The position numbers and the translations under genes are program-made. A stretch of 64,000 bases of DNA, taken from NCBI RefSeq assembly GCF_009914755.1, contig NC_060928.1. One strand, 5' to 3'. Under the pieces are notes generated by a model. The model saw nothing but the letters and a program-made list of their open reading frames with translations, did no database searches and was not told the DNA's origin. The stretch comes from the human T2T-CHM13v2.0 reference genome, Homo sapiens. Positions 17,110-30,771 of the stretch are shown one piece after another; position 1 is the first letter of the stretch; each line of letters begins with the position of its first letter.

Positions 17110-18570
17110 TCTACACAATGACTGCACTAATTTATATTCCCACCAATAGTGAACAAAGGTTCTCTTTCTTCCACATCTTCACCAGCATTTGTTATATATC
17201 ATCTTTGTGATAATAGCCATTCTAGCAGACATGAGATGATATCTGATTGAGGTTTTAGTTTGTATTTCTCTGATTAGTGATGTTGAGCATTTGTTGCATA
17301 GCTTTGGCCATTTGTATATTTTCTTTTGAGAAATGTCTATTCAGGCCCTGTGCCCATTTTTAAATTAGGTTTTTGTCTTGCTATTGAGTTTCTTATATTT
17401 TGGATCTTTATCACTTATCAGATATATTGTAAGTATGCTTTCTATTTCTGCAGATGTCCCCTTTGATCTTATTTGATCTCCTTTTTTTCCTGCACATTCA
17501 CCATAAAGGGAAGTAATCTACTGTAGCCTTGCTACTAAACTTTTCCTCACCTTGTTGATGGTTTCTTTTGCTGTGCAGAGGTTTTTCATTTGATACACTC
17601 CCATTTGTCTATTTTCGCTTTTGTTTCTTGTGTTTGGGAGGTAATATCTAAAAAACTATTTCCCAATTCACTGTTCTAGAGTTTTTCTCCTATGTTTTCT
17701 TCCAGTAGTTTTATAGTTTCAGTTCTTACATTTAAGTTTTGAATGAATTTTCAGTTTTTTAAATATGATGTGAAATGAGGGTTTAATTTTGGATGCCCAG
17801 TTTTCCCAACACCACTTATTGAAGAGACTGTCCTTTCTCTATCATGTGTGACCTTGGCATTGTTGTAAAAAGTCAACTTACCATAATGTGTGGGTTTATT
17901 TCTGGGATCTCTGTTGTTTCCCATTGGTCTGTGTCTGTTTTATGTAGTACCATGATGTTTTGATTGATAGCTTTGTGGTGTATTTTGAAATCAGGTAGCG
18001 TGATGCCTCCAGCTTTGTTTTTTTTTGCTCAAGATTGCTTTGGTTATTCAGGATCTTTTGTAGTTCCATTTAGAATTATCTTTTCTATTTCTGTGAAAAA
18101 TGTCATTGGAATTTTGATAAGCGTTGTATTGAACCTGTAAATAGTTTTGGCTTATATGGACATTTTAACAATATTAATTCATCTAATTTGTGAACGCAGA
18201 ATTTTTTTCCATTTATTTCTGTCTTCTTCAATTTCTTTCATCAATATTTTATAGTTTTCAATATACAAGTCTTTCACCTCCTTGGCTGAATATATTTCTA
18301 AATATTTTATTTTATTTTTATTTTTGATAGCTAGAATTAATGGGATGTTTTCTTGATTTTTTTAAGATCACTCTTGTTAGTGTATAGAAATACTATTGAC
18401 ACTTGCTGTCAATTTTGTATCCTGCAAATTCAGTAAATTTGTTTGTTAGTTTTAACAGTTTTTGGTGGAGTCTTTAGGGTTTTCTATATTAGAGATGTTG
18501 TCTACAAACAGGGACAATTTAACTTCTTCCTTTCCAATTTGGATGCCTTTTACTTCTTTCTCTTGACTTA
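17110..18570 (-). mobile_element. Old L1M ORF2 fragment (RT to C-terminus)
   Basis: Clear homology to the L1PA ORF2 in this window (gtgatgcctccagctttg; acagggacaatttaacttcttcc). Confidence 0.85.
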
Positions 18571-19049
18571 TTTCTCCAGCTTAGAAATTGATTTGTTCAG
18601 CAGGGCACTCGGTACTGTGGTAAACTTTATGAGTTCATACATATCTGGAAATATCTCTGTTTCTCTCTTAAATGACTGTTTAACTGAGCGTAGTATTTTA
18701 AATTTAAAGTTATTTTCCTTCTTGTTTCAGATGAAATGTATGATATCAATCTAGGTCTTATTTTCGTGTAGGCAATCTGCCTGTTCTCTCAGTAGCTTTT
18801 AGGAAAATCTTTTTACATGATAGGCTAAACTTTGATTAGATATATTTATTTTAGTCAGTCCATGTCAACACTCTGTAGATTTTTAAATCTGAAAGATTTT
18901 GTCTTTCTTAGATCGGGGAAAATTTTTAGTTATTGCCTTTTAAATTATAACCTCACCATCATTTTACCTATCCCCTCTTTCTGAAACTCCTACAATCCTC
19001 TTAATCTCTTCACTTTAAAAATTACCCAGTATCAATCTTTGGTAATAAT

Positions 19050-22000
19050 TTCCATGATGCTAATCATTACAAAACACACAGAAGCAGAGGTTCGGGACTG
19101 CCAACAGTATTCCCTTCTTGATGCATTAGGATGTACAGCAGACTCACTTTTACATATCAGACCTCTAAATGAAGTATATGATCTTATAACTTATCAGAAG
19201 GAAGCTTATTTGGTCATGAAACATTTTCCTTTTATATTATAACAGTTGCATGGCTTACATTATATTTTCCAGGGAGCCATGAAATTCATATACTTCGTGT
19301 TTGTTTATGATGATTGATTCTAGACAGACTAGTTATATCCTCCTAACAACATTCTAAAGATGAGGACACTTGCTGCTAATGTGTTTGCCAGGAAGTTTTC
19401 CACTAGCATGTTTACCAGAAGATTTCATCTCCTTTTTTTTCTGCACATTCACAATAAAGGGGTGTAATCTACTGTAGGCCTGCCACTAACCTTTTCCTTA
19501 CCAGTCCACCTTCTGACCTCATTTGACATCTCTTTGATGAATACTTATCAGGAACTTTTTATAATTTTTCTTTTTTAATTTTATGGACTATGTTATATTA
19601 AATAATGAAGCTCCTAAGCCCCTTAACAACCAGAAGTTGAACGATTTAGTGTGTAGGAGGAATTTTCTCTATAAAGCGTGCTAACTGTAACCATATCCTT
19701 TCAAGTTTCTTTGAGTTGTTTTTTTTTTTACTCACTCTTTTAACTCCAGCATCAGGAGTTATTTAAACTTTTTAAAAAGCACATGTTGGTGAAGGCATTT
19801 CAAATGTTTTAAGGGTAAACTTATGATTATTTTTCTAGCAAACCTGTTATAAAAGTTTTTATATCACTTGGCCTTTTGAATTTGCCCCTCAAATGTTTCT
19901 CTCATCCTGGAGGTCATCATTAAGTACTTAATTCTACCTATAGACCTACACATATTGTATTACCTGTAGTGCTGTGGCAGATAAATAAAAGGGATATGTG
20001 GCACACTAGCCATCAGTAAAATGACAGCATCAGTCTCTATTCATTCCTAACAGAAACCATGTTTTATATAGTGCATACGCTCAGAGCAACTGGGGTGGTA
20101 TTTAGAGGCCCTTGTTCTGTAAATTGTGGATTCTCTCTGGTCTGTGGACATAACCATGTCCCATATATTATAGTACAGATTTTCATAGAGCCTGATGTCA
20201 AGGGTCATAGTGTACTGTATTGTTTATTTATCTCTTCAATCCTAACTAACTGCCCCATGGCAATGACAATGTCCTTTTTTATTCACAGAACTGGACCATT
20301 AGAGAACAATAAGAGCCAACAATCCTGTAACATCTCAGCATAAATTACCCCAGCCCTCAATCACTTCTTCTAGAACTAAACTTTAAATATATCGAATTTC
20401 ATTATAATTAAAAGTCTTTCCTGGGTGATGGTATCAGTTCTTTGTCATCGTTATTGACAGGTATGGAGTTTCATTAGAGTAATTATTCAATTATTCATGC
20501 TCTTATAGTCTAAACACAATACACTGAATAATAGTTGGAGTAGCCTACAGGTATTTTGAGTATTCAGGATGCTCTTTTTCCCATATCGTACTGGTGGAGT
20601 TGCTAGGCAGAGCTCATGTATCAACAAGCATTCAATTCTACTTCTCTAGAGAAGGTAAGTTAAGGGTCTCCCCCACTGCCCACAAAAATCAGCCATTCAT
20701 CAGTGCCAGATATGAGAGCATTGGTAAGATATTATTCTCTTGTTTTTAGTTACTCTTGTGGAAATATTATGATTGCATCCCTTTCTGGGATTGTGAATCA
20801 CTTATGAGTTCCTATTCCACTTACTATTATTTTCCCTTGTTTTCATTTATTGTGCCTCCTGGTGGACTTGCTGACCCAAATGTGCTATTCGCATATAGGG
20901 CTGGACATAGTAGCAGCCTTGCTAATTTCCCCATTTATCCTATCTGTAAGCAGATCTTGCAGAATATGACAGATAAAGGATGAGAGCATTGCTGCTGCCA
21001 TTTGGTAATGATAGTACATTCATAGCCAGCCCTAATTCTTCACCACCTCACACACTCTCACCTCTTGATCTGAGAAGTCTCTCCAGCAGAGTCCTTGCCT
21101 TACTTCTTTTCACAGAAAATGTGAGGACCAAATCATTTAAACATCTAAGCCATTTGTTCAAGATGTCCCCATTGCCTATATTGAATAATAAATATTCAAA
21201 TTGCCTATTCCAATGAAAATTTTAAAATGTTGTAGGTCCATATGCTTTTATATTTCTTTCCCGTTTTTGGTTATCGGTAGCAGTAAAGTACATACATTTT
21301 TTCAAAAGAAATATATCCAGGTGGTCTGAAATGGTAGAAAATTTGCTGTTCCAAAATTTTAATTGTTTTATCTAAGGTTGTTTTTAATGTAGAGTAAGAA
21401 AAGCCTAGAATGAAATCTGTGCCAATCCCAGTTAAACCTGTTTATGCTCTTGGGGCTATTGGTTGAAGTCCAGTGTAATCAGCTTTGCAGGTATTGATTC
21501 CATTCCTATCAACAGTAGGCAGTTTTTATCTCATTAGCCATTTCATCAGGTCCTAGAAGAGAGGTACATGACATCTCTCAGGCCGTGAGTACATGTCCTG
21601 AACACACACATGCCCACTTATTTATGAACTCATGAGCTAACTAGGCATCTACCTTTATTTTCCAATCCCTTCTTATCTGACAACAGTATTTTTTTGGTGG
21701 GCATCTATATGAACCAGTTTAACTCTTCCTCTAAATTCCTATAGAGAACTCCATATCCGAATGCTCTATATGTAGTATTTTTTTTATCATGCAGTCATCT
21801 ACAGCCCATTTGCCTGATCATATAGCAAGCCCTTTGGCTACAGCTCAAGTCTATAAATATGCAAACGCTCTTTAGAGGGTCTGAGCCTAATTCCTCTTCT
21901 ACTTTTAATTAACCGCTCTCAGCAATTTTCCCTACGTGAACTTGCCCTTCCTTTCTTTCGTCAAAGTTTTACCACCCACTGGGCACATTGTGGCTGCTTT

Positions 22001-23600
22001 CCAAATAGCAATATGGCTCTAAGATTGGGAACTCCCACTAAGTGACCAGAAAGCCCACTTTTCCTCAGTTGGGAGAGTATAAGGTTTGGCCTACATAGCA
22101 TTGGAAGCAAGGAGTTCCTCTGAGGTCACAAGGTCTATGTGCAGTGAAGCAATCTATTCATGTACATGTGATACACCCCATTGAACTCTCTCACCTACTC
22201 CTTGTCTTCTTGCTGTTCTTAAATATACCACTTCCATTTTAGGAGTAATCTTTGCTGTACAGCTCTTTCTCTGTTAGAATACTTCACTGACATCACCTAA
22301 GTCCTAACTGATATTTCTGGCCTTAGATTTATCTGACCCCTTTTGTGGTGGGTGACATTTTGATTAACATTCAATAACAAGACAACAATTATCTTTCAAG
22401 TAGACTAGAATTAACAGCTGTCTTTGACTGCTCTCAGATCCAGAACCTGAGAAAGCTTTGTTGGATAGATGTATTCAAATTTTCTAAAGTGTCCAGTCTA
22501 TGAATGTTCTGGTTACAGACATTTCTAATGTAATTTGAGCAGTTAGGTCTTCAGGGCTCAGTAGGGCCGCTTGTCACACCACTCTCTGTAAATCTTTTAA
22601 TCGTTTCTGCTCAGAGGGAAATTCCAATTTAGATTTCTTTCTGGTGATTTTGTGATTAGGAGCCAACAGGATTATTAGATGAGGTTGATTTTGCTAAAAC
22701 CCAGATAGTCCTGCTAATCATTGAGCTTCTTGTTTATTGGCAGGATCTGTGAGAAATAATAACTGATTTCTTGTGGTTTTAGAAATCCCCAGAAATTCTA
22801 CAGACCAGGCTAAATCTGAATTCATCAGCCAGCCTCTATTGGTTTAGCCCTTAGTTTCTCCTGAGATTTCCCATCTAAGGAAACAATTATAGTTTAGGAG
22901 TTTAGGAGTTTAACTTATTTGTGAAGGTTTTCAGATCCTTCATTACACTATTGTATTGCGCTGGTAAATTAAAATATTCCTACAGCAAAACGGAAAGTGT
23001 ATACTCTGTTCCAGGAGAATGCAAAATATTCTGGCTGGACTTCAAAATTGAGATTGGAAAATTAGGTTTTGGCCAGATACATGGGAGCATATGAGCCTCC
23101 CTTTTCCTGTTGTACTTCCTACATAGCCTTGGCATATCAGGTATACTGAATGAATCAAAGGTTCACTATATGTAATTCTAAATTGTCTACTGTTAACCTT
23201 CAGCAACTGTCTGCCTAATATACTATCTAGACAGGATCAATAAAAGAGGAGTTAGTGGGAATCACTTCTCCCATTTCCTTAATCAGAACAGTGATATCTC
23301 ATCGCCCTTCTGGATTTTTGTATTGCTTAATGTTTTCTACTGGGAAGAGCTCAGGCAATTCCAAAGTTCCCATTTACTATGGCCAATTTAAATTGGGCCA
23401 AAGTAGGCTTAGTTTATACCCCTTGCGAAAAACATACCTGTTTCTCATTCACGCATAATATCTCTTCCAGTTATGCATGTAGTTAAAGACAAGGAGGCCT
23501 CAGAAGAATCTGTCCAGCCTCAATTTCCAGTTTGTACTTTCATCCATACCTTGGTTTCCTTCACTAAGAGTCTCCGTATCCTCCCATTTTCCACCTTGGG
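19050..23600 (-). mobile_element. Ancient class III (ERVL-like) internal remnant
   Basis: Minus-strand translation near 22300-22830 gives QEAQ*LAGLSGF*QNQPHLIILLAPNHKITRK...LER*LLSCY (ERVL RT-connection like). Near 21390-21490 it gives ADYTGLQP...LTGIGTDFILGFSY (integrase like). Ends uncertain. Confidence 0.65.
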
Positions 23601-23849
23601 ACTTTCAGAGGACCATCCTGGTCCCCAGTAAGTCTAACTGTTTTGAGCAAGGAAGCTTCACTTTGTGCTTCACAGGGATCAGGTTGAATCAGGGACTTCC
23701 CCTGAAGTAACACCCTTCCTGGGCTCACTCCCCTTCCCTAGCTGGCTTCCTTCACTCCTTAACTGGTTTCTCCCAGGGGTACTTTATAAATCATTTGCAT
23801 TTGAATCTTTGGCTCAGGTTCTGCTTCTAGGAGAGTCTGGCTTAAGATA
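23600..23849 (+). mobile_element. LTR16-like LTR 3' fragment
   Basis: ataaatcatttgcatttgaatctttggctcaggttctgcttctaggagagtctggcttaagata resembles the LTR16 3' terminus. Confidence 0.6.
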
Positions 23850-25722
23850 CCTGGTTAGTAATCTCCAATTCCTGTCATCTTTCTGAGTAACTTTTATGTG
23901 TTACAAGAGAAATGGCAAATAGGTGGCATTTTGCTATCAGGCTTCCCTCACTCCCACTGCTGCCCCTTATTAGGTGCATTGCACATATGCTGGCACTGTT
24001 CCTGCTGAGCTCACACATGGCTTCAGAGTTCTCTACGATGTTCTCCAAAAGTTACAGATCATCCTTAATTGTTTTAACTTCTAAACCTCAATATGAAAAC
24101 AATAACAACAAATAGTAATAGCACTTTTAATCACTCAATCTCCCACTCAGTGATCTAGAGAATTTAATCTATAAATCAGATTAAATCTATGCTATATTCT
24201 TACTTATCAGTGAGTATATACCAACATTTTATTCCCCAGTAACGAGTTTTAAAGGAATGCTCCAGCTATGTAGTCAGAGACTAAGAGCATAATATTTTGT
24301 TGTATGGATCTTATTGGAGTTCTCTTGGAATAGTCATGGGTTTACTTGAAGTGTGTCTCTCGCTAGAGTCTGAAAGTAAGTGTATTAAAAGATGTGGGTT
24401 TTTTTTTCCCTTCTGTTCCCAGAAAAGATAACAGCTTCAAATTGGTTTCTCTGACAACGATTCTTTAAAGGACAGTTCTCCTTCCCTTTTTGTCATCATG
24501 TATCTGTTTAATTGTTCTTGTTTCTTATCACAGTCTGTAACTATTTTGTTAGATTATAAATTAACTTGTTGGTGTCTGTAGTTATAAAGTAAAAAATATT
24601 AAATAATATTTTCATAAGAACAAGGGCCACAGTTTGACTTGTTTAATACTGTATCTTCAACAGTCCCTTGCCTTGCTAATAGGAGGAATTCAATAACTGT
24701 GTGATGAACAATTGAACAATGAATCGAAGAATAGAAAGAGGCCTGTATGGGGATGATCTGCGAGGTAGATGGCACATGTGAGTCAGAAATTGAGGATCAC
24801 ATTTTCTTTCTCATTACTATGATTTTATTATGCATTTTTATTCTGTTTTTTATTCTAGAACAGTGGATCACATATGGTTTTAGGAGTTAAATGCAATTTA
24901 CTTTTATATCCTCGTCTATCACCTACTAGTTCAGAGTTGCTTAAAATATCAGGACTCAGTTTGTTACTCTATAAAACAATGTTACGTCTAAGAGGGTTGT
25001 CATGAAGATAAAATGAGGTGAATTTTTAAAACATCTAGTGTCTGGCATACAGTAGGTACTCAGCAGAGACAATATTCCAGAACTTTCAGCATGCAATATG
25101 TTTTCCTTTATATATATAAGGATAGAGGAAATTATTATTACTCCCATATATAACACAATTATACTCACTTATGTGAACACATAACTTATCTGAATAATGC
25201 AATTTTGGCTCTAATATGAGACATAAAAATTGGAGATCTTCTTGTCCAACATTCTCCTAGACAATTTCAAGACTGATGATCAAGATTTGCTGTTCATATT
25301 CCTTAGACTCCTTCCCTGTACAATAATTTAAAAACATACTGAATTTGAAAAGCTGCTTTAAAATTTTAATGGTCAAACGTAAATAGACAGTAAATGGAAA
25401 ATACCATTTAAAGAATGCCAGAGGTGGGATGCCCTGTGATGTGAGTAGCTCCTTCAGACCCAAATTCTTTTGCTAATCTATGGAGAAACTGAGCTGCATA
25501 AATGTTATTCCAGCTAATCTTGGCCTTCTTCTTGTGCCTTGCCTGAATCATGACTGGAAAATAGGTAATATAACTGTTTTTTAAACTATGTCTGCATTTG
25601 CAGAAAATGCTGTTTGAGAAGTTTGGACATTTTAGTACTGTCCCTATCTATTTGGCCTTTCATCAACTCCCTATCTATTTCCTTTTTCATTAACTCTATA
25701 GATTGCTTAAAAGCCAGGTGTT

Positions 25723-25989
25723 TTGTTTTTGGTTGTTTTGTTTTTTGTTTGTTTTTTGTTTTTGAGACAGAGTCTGGTTCCATCGCTCAAACTGGAGTGC
25801 GGTGACACGATCTCGGCTCACTGCAACCTCTGCCTCCCAGGTTCCAGCCCGGCTAATTTTTGTAGTTTTAGTAGAAACGGGTTTTCACCATGTTGGCCAG
25901 GCTGGTCTCGAACTCCTGGCCTCAGGTGATCCACCCACCTGGGCCTCTCAAAGTGATTGGATTATAGGTGTGAACCACTGCACCTGGAC
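25723..25989 (-). mobile_element. AluS with internal deletion
   Basis: TSD aaaagccaggtgtt at 25709-25722 and 25990-26003; ~50 nt of the right arm missing near 25846. Confidence 0.9.
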
Positions 25990-27885
25990 AAAAGCCAGGT
26001 GTTCTAAAGGTTGCCTTTGCTTGAGTGCAGGATTGTTTTCATCCTAATATAATAACATTTTTTTCCTCTCATTTATTTCTACATTAAAGAAGGCTTTAGT
26101 GTTTTTACAGAAGTATTTTGGCTAAGTAATGTTTTGTTTTCTGTCTTTACTATTTGGAATTTAAAGAAGGAAATTATTTTAGAGTTTTGAAATACACCAA
26201 CTGAAGGGGAATTTTAATTATTGGTGTCAGCTGGATTGTAATACTGATCAAAAGTATAATAATAAATAGAGAATGTGATTTCCACCCTCAATTGTAAGGG
26301 AGGTCACGGTACCCTTATTTTGCTAATTGAAGTTAAATCTGACTCAATGTCCTCACTTTCCCAGGGTGGAAAGAAATTCAATTTGGTTATATTTTGAGAG
26401 ATCATTCTCCTTCTTAGGGTCACATGACAAACTAGAGAACTTTGTAATGCCTGGAATACGGAAAGAAGAACTACATTCTGCAATACATCTAGTTGTTGAC
26501 AAGATGCTCATTTTCTGAGCCATGTGATTATTCAGATGTGAACAGCTCAATCCTTCCATGAGAAACATGAGCAGAAGCCTAACCATACCATGGTTGTTGG
26601 CATTCTCCATCTCTCCAAGCATCCACATGCCACCCCATCTTAGGTTTCAGTGGCTCTCAAGTCCATATTTCTCCATGTGTTACGAAGAACCACATCCCCC
26701 ACTACTCTCAAGGAAAAAGAAAAAATCAAAACCAAAGTAAACAAAACACCCATCTCTATTCTTCATCTCAAAGAAATTTTCTAGAAGTTGAAGCTCTTTT
26801 AGCCTTAATATTCTATTAACTTCAGAACCACACCCTTCCATTTATGACAATTTAATTCAAAGCCTCTTATATCTGACCCTAGAAAAAGGGAATCCTTCTG
26901 CCTCTAGGACTCAAAGCCCAGCAAAACATTTCAAAAGAGTTGAATGTGAGAAGGAAAATAGTTCTCATTCTTTAAAATTCTTTATAAGAGTAGGATCAAA
27001 ACATATTATTTGTGTCTATAAATTGTCTAATCACTAATGGTACCAGGACTTCTTGTCACTAAAACTATGCTCTGTAATGCATTCCAGTGGAAAGCGGTGT
27101 TTATAGTGCACCTGAATTAGACCTGTGTCAGACAGGGATATTGTTCTAAAATTAATAATGAGTTGTAAGATTGTATACATTTATAATTAATTTTTCAAAA
27201 CCTTGGGTAGTTGGTGAGACTTATTTCAGGTTTCTTTTCTTTATTTCTGTAAGTAGCTTTGATCCTTGCATGCAGTACAATGTACTCTAACTAGAATTTT
27301 AGCTTTAATGTTACCATCTGAGAAATATCTTCTGGTTGCAACTTTAACACATTCCTCATACATGATATAAAGTGCAACAATGTTTTATTGGTAGCATACC
27401 AGTCAGTACACTGCTATTTAAGTTCTGAAAAAAGTAGGCAAACAAAAACCAACAGGACAACAAAAACAAACTTTGTGGTCATTTTGTGATAATATGATAA
27501 AATTTTGCTCATTCTGATTTTTTAAAAATAGCTATATAATCATGATATATTTTAGCATAGTCACATAAAATAACCTAATTACTGTTGCCAAAAGGAGAAT
27601 GCTGAACAATGATGTTTGTGGGATAAAATTCTTTTGTGGAATTCATTAGCAGTATCAGACACAAAAATATTTATGATGTTATAAAACTGCTGGAAAAAAG
27701 AAGACATTCTGTATAGTTTAGGGTTTATTTGGGCCTCAAACTACTTTTATGACCTTGAAATTCTCCCAGGTTGTGAGTTCACAGAGTTTATACAGTGTGC
27801 AAGGAACACCTTTGAAATGAGACTGAGAAGCCTTTCAATGAATTTTGATCACTCGATATAATTTGCTATGAATGCTATATTCAGT

Positions 27886-27987
27886 CTACATAGCAAACTT
27901 ACACTGAAGGTTTGGACAAGGGAGAGGGTTATGTCCTAGTAATGCAACCTTGAATATCAGACCTACATTTTAAAAATAAATAGTTTA
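27886..27987 (+). repeat. ~100-bp dispersed direct repeat, copy 1
   Basis: Aligns ungapped by eye to 29227-29328 with about a dozen mismatches. Confidence 0.85.
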
Positions 27988-28822
27988 TGAATGTTATATT
28001 CATAGCAAATGATATATAAGTGATCAAATCCATTTAAAGTATTCTCAGTCTAGAGAAAATGTGCTTCTGTATGAAGTCATAGAATTTCTTCTTTCTTAGA
28101 TTTAGCCTTATCTCCACGCCCCATATTTATCTACTCTAATGGACATACTTGTTTTTCTGTTTAGCATCCCTTTCTTCTTCCTCCTCATTTTGAAACAATA
28201 CTGACACATTTCACTAACTCCTAGCTGTAGTGGTAGGTCCCAGATATAATCACTGCATTTCTTTTCCCCTGTTGTAAGTATTGGGTTAGTACTGGCCATG
28301 TAAACTACACAAGCCAGCTGGATATACCTTAGGACATGTAGTTGGAATACTGTAGCCAGAGTGCTTTCTCTCCAACTGGTGTAAACACCAGTTGCTGCAA
28401 CTGTAAGAGGAATTAATCTTAACCTTAGACTAAAACTTATTTTAGAAAATCAGAGTGATTGGGGTGAATTGGATCAGCCAAATTCTGCTATAAGTCTGGA
28501 ATTCTAGTTATATCAGTCAATATATTTAAGTTACTGTTAAGGCAACTGGAGCTGCAATTTCTCTTGTTATTTGCATAAAACTTCACAGACTTAGCAACCA
28601 AATTATTCTTTTTAGAAAAGGAAACATTTATTCCTTCCTGCCTTAACCAAGTATAAAAACCTCTGTATCGTCATAATAAAAACGACTAAATTTTTCCTCA
28701 GGCTTCACTCTCCAATAGTTATACCGTTATTTATTTTCCCTTTGAAAACAGATTTACTAAAATGTGTGACAGGTTGTAGGCATTACCCCAGATATCCAAA
28801 ATCTAGGTAGTAACTGCTTTCT

Positions 28823-29060
28823 TTCTTTCTTTTTCTTTTTTTTTAAATTATGCTTTAAGTTCTAGGGTACATGTGCACAACATGCAGGTTTGATACATGG
28901 GTATACAATGCCATGTTGGTTTGCTGCACCCATCAACTCATCATTTACATTAGGTATTTCTCCTAACGCTATCCCTACCCCAGCCCACAACCCTGCAACA
29001 GGCCCTGGTGTGTGATGTTCCCCGCCCTGTGACCAAATGATCTCATTGTTCAATTCCCAC
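28823..29060 (-). mobile_element. 5'-truncated L1PA (about PA7-like) 3' end, part of a U6/L1 chimera
   Basis: L1PA 3'UTR plus degenerate T-tail; shares the TSD aggtagtaactgctttct (28805-28822, 29167-29184) with the adjacent U6. Confidence 0.9.
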
Positions 29061-29166
29061 AAAAATATAGAACGCTTCAGGAGTCCGCATGTCGTCCTTG
29101 CGCAAGGGCCATGCTAATCTTCTCTGTATCGTTACAATTTTAGTACATGTGCTGTCGAAGCGAGCA
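29061..29166 (-). pseudogene. Full-length U6 snRNA retropseudogene (RNU6-P type) fused to L1
   Basis: Reverse complement TGCTCGCTTCGACAGCACATGTACTAAAATTGTAACGATACAGAGAAGATTAGCATGGCCCTTGCGCAAGG...TATATTTTT matches U6, including the ACAGAGA box. Confidence 0.95.
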
Positions 29167-29226
29167 AGGTAGTAACTGCTTTCTGCTCTTGCAGAAGCAA
29201 GGTTGTAGGCTGAAGTGGAACTCAAC

Positions 29227-29328
29227 CTACAAAGCAAAGTTACACTGAAGGTTTAGACAAGGAAAGGGGCTATGTCCTAGCAATACAACTTTGAATATCA
29301 GACCTCCATTTTTAAAATAAGTAGTTTA
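29227..29328 (+). repeat. ~100-bp dispersed direct repeat, copy 2
   Basis: Matches 27886-27987. Confidence 0.85.
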
Positions 29329-29754
29329 GGTCCTCCTTCCTGGGAATTTCTGACCGCCTTCTCTGTGAGATCTAGCCTCCTACTATGCGGTGTTTCTTTG
29401 CTTCTCTGTTTTCTGGGCCATTTGTACTGGATGTCTTCTCCAAATTCCAGTCTCCTCTTTTTATTCAAAAAACAATAAGTATAATTTAGCTCTTTCTGCC
29501 TCTTTTTAGCTAAGATCCACCTTTGTACTTCTAAGGACTCCTTAAAGTGCTCTATTAAATAACAGATTAGCCAAGGTCTGTGCTGTCTTTCAGTAACTCA
29601 AACCTGGTGAAGGCTCTGCGATTGACATCTTCCTTATTTTGCTCTTCCATAAGACTCAGTGGAAAGGGGAATTCGTTTTCTGTGTTATTTGAATCATGCC
29701 TCTTATCTTGAGAACAGAAGTAACTTTATACACAACTTTAGCCCTTCAATGCAA

Positions 29755-29870
29755 TTGTCTGTCTCTCTCACTAGAACATGAACTCTGTGAAGGCAAACTA
29801 TCATATTAACATTAGTTTCTCTCTTCGCAGCACATAGGTATTCAATAAATATTTGTGGAATGAATGAAAA
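29755..29870 (+). mobile_element. L2 3' end fragment
   Basis: actagaacatgaactctgtgaaggca...cacataggtattcaataaatatttgtggaatgaatgaa. Confidence 0.65.
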
Positions 29871-30453
29871 TGTAACAGAGCAATACAAATAAAAATTCAG
29901 TATATGAGGGAATTTCATTTGACCAAATATCACAGACATTAGCATAATTTTATCCAAGTATTATAGTCACGTGTCGCTTAACAATGAAGCTATATTCTGA
30001 GAAATGTGTCATTAATGGTGATGTCCTCATTGTGCAAACATCCTGGAGTATACTTACACAAACCTAGATGTTATAGCCTACTACACACCTAGGCCATGTG
30101 GTATAGTTTCTGGCTGTTAGTCTACGAAATCTGTACAGCATATATAATTTTTGATTTTAAAATATTTTATATTAAAATAAATGTTAATAAACAAGAGGAA
30201 CAGAAAACATCAGTGATTGCCAGGGGGCAGAAAACACTGAAAACAAGGGGGCAGAGGGGAATGTTTTGGGTGATGGATCTGTCCTGCCTACCGACTGGTT
30301 ACAAAACTATGCATTTGTCAAAATTCACAGACTAGACACTAAAAAGGATGATTTTACTGAATGTAAATTATAAACCTTTTCTTCAAAAAGAAAAAGAGTG
30401 AGAGAGAGGAACCAAACATATACCCTTTGTGGAAAAAAAAAGTCTTGTAATAG

Positions 30454-30771
<318 letters not shown>

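Noticed and set aside
29061-29166. Functional U6 gene
   Set aside because: Multiple substitutions, fused to L1, flanked by TSDs, and no recognisable upstream PSE/TATA.
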